Origin: Candidatus Uhrbacteria bacterium
Lineage (GTDB): Bacteria; Patescibacteriota; Patescibacteriia; UBA9934
Direction: 5' to 3'
Assembly: GCA_943359325.1 (NCBI GenBank)
Contig: CALRHD010000006.1
Span: 1-45,928, forward strand
Length of the DNA stretch: 45,928 nt
The position numbers and the translations under genes are program-made. Shown here in pieces: positions 39,530 through 45,928 of this stretch (its first letter is position 1; each line of letters opens with the position of its first letter). The notes below the pieces were generated by a model. The model was not told the origin of the DNA, ran no database searches, and was given only the letters and a program-made list of their open reading frames with translations.

Positions 39530-39561
39530 AGCACAGACCATTGTAGCTGGCGGCGGTCGCG

Positions 39562-39590
39562 TTGACAAAACAAGATGTTTTGTGTACCAT
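39562..39590 (+). promoter_or_regulatory. Sigma70 promoter with a palindromic operator-like spacer
   Basis: TTGACA-N17-TACCAT; acaaaaca-aga-tgttttgt at 39565-39583. Confidence 0.65.
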
Positions 39591-39612
39591 TTTGTCGCTT
39601 CACGGAGTAAGC

Positions 39613-39924
39613 ATGAATAAGTCTCGTGTCCGCTTTCCTGGTTTTGTCGCGCGTGCCGTCACGCATTTCAGGGTAAAAAATGATGTACGGAAAGAGCTTC
39701 TGCTGGCAGAAAACCGCGATTTGCGCGATGCGTACCGTTACCATCGCCACCTCGAGGCGGGTCACATGAAGGACCTTCTCGAACTCGTATCGAACGGTAC
39801 TGTCTCGCTGCGCAAGCCCATCGTGCCGATCCTCATCAGTGCGTCAAGGGACGCACGGCAATCGCGCCGAGCAATCGAACAAGCAGTGCTCGTCCGTCGC
39901 CAACGCCGCCTCGTCGGCCTGTAG
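39613..39924 (+). CDS. Small Arg-rich hypothetical protein
   Basis: Own promoter, GGAG at 39604-39607, 103-aa ORF, downstream hairpin. Confidence 0.6.
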   Translation: MNKSRVRFPGFVARAVTHFRVKNDVRKELLLAENRDLRDAYRYHRHLEAGHMKDLLELVSNGTVSLRKPIVPILISASRDARQSRRAIEQAVLVRRQRRLVGL

Positions 39925-39933
39925 CCAAACCGT

Positions 39934-39971
39934 AAGCCCCGCCGTTGTCATCACGACACCGCGCGGGGCTT
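39934..39971 (+). terminator. Hairpin after the small ORF
   Basis: aagccccgc ... gcggggctt stem. Confidence 0.55.
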
Positions 39972-39990
39972 CTGCTATTCACTTTTCGTG

Positions 39991-40029
39991 AAATCAACAC
40001 TCGGCACTGACAGTGCCGAGTGTTGATTT
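39991..40029. repeat. Perfect 39-nt palindrome at the atpC stop; likely atp operon terminator
   Basis: aaatcaacactcggcactg-a-cagtgccgagtgttgattt. Confidence 0.85.
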
Positions 40030-40480
40030 ATTGCGCGTTTTGGGAGTGTTTGATTGTTTGGCGGCCGCGTTTATGTTTGAGGGCGACGTGGTAACGGGCG
40101 AGTTCACGCGCAAGGTGCGCGGCAGCATCGGTGAACCCGACGTCGGCGCGATTGCGCGCATTTTCAAGGGAGACCTCAGCGCGTTTTTTTGCCTCCTCGA
40201 TCACCGCAAGCTCAAGCTCCTCCGAACGCTCTGCCGTTTGTGCGAGCACAACTATTTCATTCCCCGCCTTCACCTCGAGCAGTCCCGTCGACGCCGCAAG
40301 CAGCACTTCTTCGCCCTTCATCATCACGCGCATTTCACCCGCCTTGAGCAGTGTCGCGAGCGGAATGTGATTTGGCAAAATGGTAATCTCGCCGTTCTCT
40401 GTCATCGCCGTCACCGAATCAACCGTGCCCTCAAACACGATGCGTTCTGGAGTGACGATTTTGAGATTCAGATTCGACAT
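40028..40480 (-). CDS. atpC: ATP synthase epsilon
   Basis: LKIVTPER, GEITILPNHIPL; last gene of the operon. Confidence 0.95.
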   Translation of the reverse strand: MSNLNLKIVTPERIVFEGTVDSVTAMTENGEITILPNHIPLATLLKAGEMRVMMKGEEVLLAASTGLLEVKAGNEIVVLAQTAERSEELELAVIEEAKKRAEVSLENARNRADVGFTDAAAHLARELARYHVALKHKRGRQTIKHSQNAQ

Positions 40481-40492
40481 ACCCACATATAA

Positions 40493-42837
<2,345 letters not shown>

Positions 42838-42898
42838 AGTCGGACTTGCCGGTTGGAGAACTTGTAGAAGATGGAGAAATGTAAATTCCGACCTGTTA

Positions 42899-44401
42899 CT
42901 ACTTCACAAAAATACTGAGAAAGTTTGTGAGGTGTGTTTCGAGTTCTGTTTTTGTTTCCGCGGTGACGTCTTTCGACGACTCTATCGCCTTCAGCGTCTT
43001 TTCGCCTGTCGAACGCATGTACGCCAATACCTCGTCCTCAAAACGTAACACATCCGTCACGGCAATGCCGTCGAGATAGCCGTTGTTCAAGGCAAAGATA
43101 ACAACCGCTTGTTCGAAAAATGGCAACGGAGAATATTGCTTCTGTTTCATGAGTTCCATTGCACGACGTCCGCGTTCGATTTGCTTTTTCGTCGCGTCGT
43201 CAAGGTCGGTTGCAAATTGTGCGAACGCCTCAAGCTCACGATACTGGGCAAGATCCACCTTGAGTGTCTTCGCGACGTTCTTCATTGCCTTTGTTTGCGC
43301 GGCGCTCCCGACACGCGACACCGAAAGCCCAACGTTGAGTGCGGGGCGCTGACCGCGATAGAATAAATCACTTTCAAGATAAATTTGACCGTCGGTAATC
43401 GAAATAACGTTTGTCGGAATGTACGCTGCAACGTCACCACCCTGCGTTTCAATAATCGGTAGCGCAGTAATGCTTCCGCCGCCATGTTCTTCGTTGACGC
43501 GCGCCGAACGTTCAAGCAAACGAGAGTGCAAATAGAACACGTCGCCTGGGTACGCTTCACGTCCCGGAGGTCGGCGGAGTAACAGCGAAATTTCGCGATA
43601 CGCCCACGCGTGTTTCGAAAGATCGTCGAATACGATAAGCACGTCCTCGCCCTTTGCCATGAAATATTCTGCAATCGCACAGCCTGCATACGGCGCAACG
43701 TACAACATGGACGCAGGGTCGCTTGCTCCGGCCAACACAATCGTCGTGTATTCCATTGCGCCCGCTTTTTCGAGCCGCGCCTTGATGCTTGCAACCTTCG
43801 ACGCCTTTTGACCGATGGCGACATACACACATTTAACGCCCAAACCTTTTTGGTTGAGAATCGTGTCAATCGCAATCGCAGTTTTTCCTGTTTGACGGTC
43901 ACCAATAATAAGTTCGCGCTGGCCACGGCCAATCGGGATAAGCGCGTCGATCGCCTTGATGCCCGTTTGGAGCGGCACGCTCACTGATTTACGCGTCATC
44001 ACACCTGGTGCAACTTTTTCGATAGGCATTTGTGTTGTGGCGGTAAGCGCGGCACGGCCGTCAACAGGGTTGCCGAGTGCGTCAACAACACGGCCGACAA
44101 TATCGTCACTCACCGCGATAGAAAGAATGCGCCCTGTTGCACGCACGGTGTCGCCCTCCTTAATCGTCGACGTGAGCCCGAGAATAATTGCACCAACCTG
44201 CTCCTCCTCGAGGTTAAGTGCAATGCCCATGACGCCGTTGAAGTCGAGCATTTCCTGCGCCTTCACGTTTTGCAACCCTTCGACACGTGCAACGCCATCT
44301 GCAACCGCAAGCACGCTGCCGACGTTTTCGACATGCGCCTCAGCTTTGAATGCGGAGATCTGCTCACGCAACGCCGTAATAATATCTGCTTTTTTTGTCA
44401 T
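42899..44401 (-). CDS. atpA: ATP synthase alpha
   Basis: [31 protein letters not shown]. Confidence 0.98.
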   Translation of the reverse strand: MTKKADIITALREQISAFKAEAHVENVGSVLAVADGVARVEGLQNVKAQEMLDFNGVMGIALNLEEEQVGAIILGLTSTIKEGDTVRATGRILSIAVSDDIVGRVVDALGNPVDGRAALTATTQMPIEKVAPGVMTRKSVSVPLQTGIKAIDALIPIGRGQRELIIGDRQTGKTAIAIDTILNQKGLGVKCVYVAIGQKASKVASIKARLEKAGAMEYTTIVLAGASDPASMLYVAPYAGCAIAEYFMAKGEDVLIVFDDLSKHAWAYREISLLLRRPPGREAYPGDVFYLHSRLLERSARVNEEHGGGSITALPIIETQGGDVAAYIPTNVISITDGQIYLESDLFYRGQRPALNVGLSVSRVGSAAQTKAMKNVAKTLKVDLAQYRELEAFAQFATDLDDATKKQIERGRRAMELMKQKQYSPLPFFEQAVVIFALNNGYLDGIAVTDVLRFEDEVLAYMRSTGEKTLKAIESSKDVTAETKTELETHLTNFLSIFVK

Positions 44402-44410
44402 AGTTCCCTA

Positions 44411-44800
44411 TTAAACTTCTGTGTACATCGCTGCCTTCAGTCGCATGAGCGCTCCCGTCAACGAACCATCAATGCGTGTGTTGTCGATGCGCACGACTGC
44501 TCCGCCGATAAGTCGGTCGTCGACCATCTCGGTCACGTCTGCACCGTGTGCATGTTCCACAATTGCGTCACGCACCTTTTTGGAGAGCGCATGTGCGCTG
44601 ACAACGGTGACGTTCGACGCTCCGTATGTTTTTGCCCACGCATAGTTCATTGCACGTTCCAGTTCGCGCCACCTGCCAAGCGCCTGCTCTTCATGCAAAA
44701 GCTGAACGACTTCCTTTATGATCGCTGTTGTTTGCGTCACAGTTTTTCCGTCCGTCATGGCGACAATGGCAGTCCCAAGTTTTTTAATATCAAGGCGCAT
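44411..44800 (-). CDS. atpH: ATP synthase delta (short)
   Basis: V.V.SA..L, VDDRLIGGAVVRID...IDGSL; operon position. Confidence 0.88.
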   Translation of the reverse strand: MRLDIKKLGTAIVAMTDGKTVTQTTAIIKEVVQLLHEEQALGRWRELERAMNYAWAKTYGASNVTVVSAHALSKKVRDAIVEHAHGADVTEMVDDRLIGGAVVRIDNTRIDGSLTGALMRLKAAMYTEV

Positions 44801-44804
44801 AGCG

Positions 44805-45350
44805 TTACGTCATTTTGCGTACGACTTCTTCCGCAAGCGATTGTGACTTTTTCTCGTCAACGCCATTGTGCACAATGCGCGCCGCGGCTTTCATTGCAAT
44901 GTCGACGATGTCCTTGCGCACCTCGCGCAACATTGCCTCACGCTCCACGACAAGCTGCTGTTTACTTTTTTCGACAACACGTTCGACTTCACGCTTTGCA
45001 GCGTCAACCATTTCTGTTTTGCGCGTATCAGAAAGTTGAACGGCCTGCACCACAATTTCCTGTGCCTCTTTACGCGCCGTCGCAAGCACGTCACGTCGTT
45101 CGTTTTCCAAATCGGCAACACGCTTTTCGATTGCATCGGCGTCATTCACGCTCTTTGCGATTTTCGCCTCGCGTTCTTCGAGCATGCGGATAATTGGCTT
45201 ATACGCAAAACGCCACAGCACAAAAAGCACCAAAAGAAAGTTCACGAGCTGTGCGGCAAACAAATCACCGCGCAACCCAAAAGTTCCCGCAACGGCACCA
45301 ATGCCACCTTCGTGCTGTGTTTCTGCTGTTGACTCTTCAGTTTGCGACAT
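44805..45350 (-). CDS. atpF: ATP synthase subunit b
   Basis: QLVNFLLVLFVLWRFAYKPI..LEERE plus coiled coil. Confidence 0.93.
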   Translation of the reverse strand: MSQTEESTAETQHEGGIGAVAGTFGLRGDLFAAQLVNFLLVLFVLWRFAYKPIIRMLEEREAKIAKSVNDADAIEKRVADLENERRDVLATARKEAQEIVVQAVQLSDTRKTEMVDAAKREVERVVEKSKQQLVVEREAMLREVRKDIVDIAMKAAARIVHNGVDEKKSQSLAEEVVRKMT

Positions 45351-45392
45351 AACTTTCTACAACTTCTACAATTTTTACCTATCTCCCAATCC

Positions 45393-45928
<536 letters not shown>

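Noticed and set aside
44030-45193. 387-aa plus-strand ORF and other long antisense ORFs (e.g. 16536-17489, 29269-30141)
   Set aside because: They are shadows of well-supported opposite-strand genes and show no recognisable motifs

Overview
Housekeeping region of a reduced-genome bacterium using genetic code 11. The gene content and style suggest Patescibacteria/CPR, Parcubacteria-like: short AlaRS, RpoA without an alpha-CTD, and almost no Shine-Dalgarno sites; this taxonomy is inference. In order the window holds the alaS 3' end, csp, infA-rpmJ-rpsM-rpsK-rpsD-rpoA-rplQ-rplM-rpsI, a surface-glycan operon (flippase, three glycosyltransferases, O-antigen-ligase-like protein), an ABC exporter, fmt-def-degenerate priA, ppa, clpB with a CIRCE operator, a tagA-like gene, gltX, an M23 peptidase, bcp, an ftsQ-like gene, alr, serS, lysS, greA, mrdA-mreD-mreC-mreB, a dciA-like gene, a UvrD-nuclease fusion, and most of an F1F0 ATP synthase operon. 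The most striking unexplained signal is a family of long hairpin elements at gene 3' ends. Two copies (31398-31536 and 40493-40621) share a covarying core of about 105 nt in opposite orientations but have unrelated outer inverted-repeat arms, and one arm mirrors the end of the host atpD gene. A further hairpin of about 130 nt supplies the stop codon of a glycosyltransferase. No transposase is present in the window.
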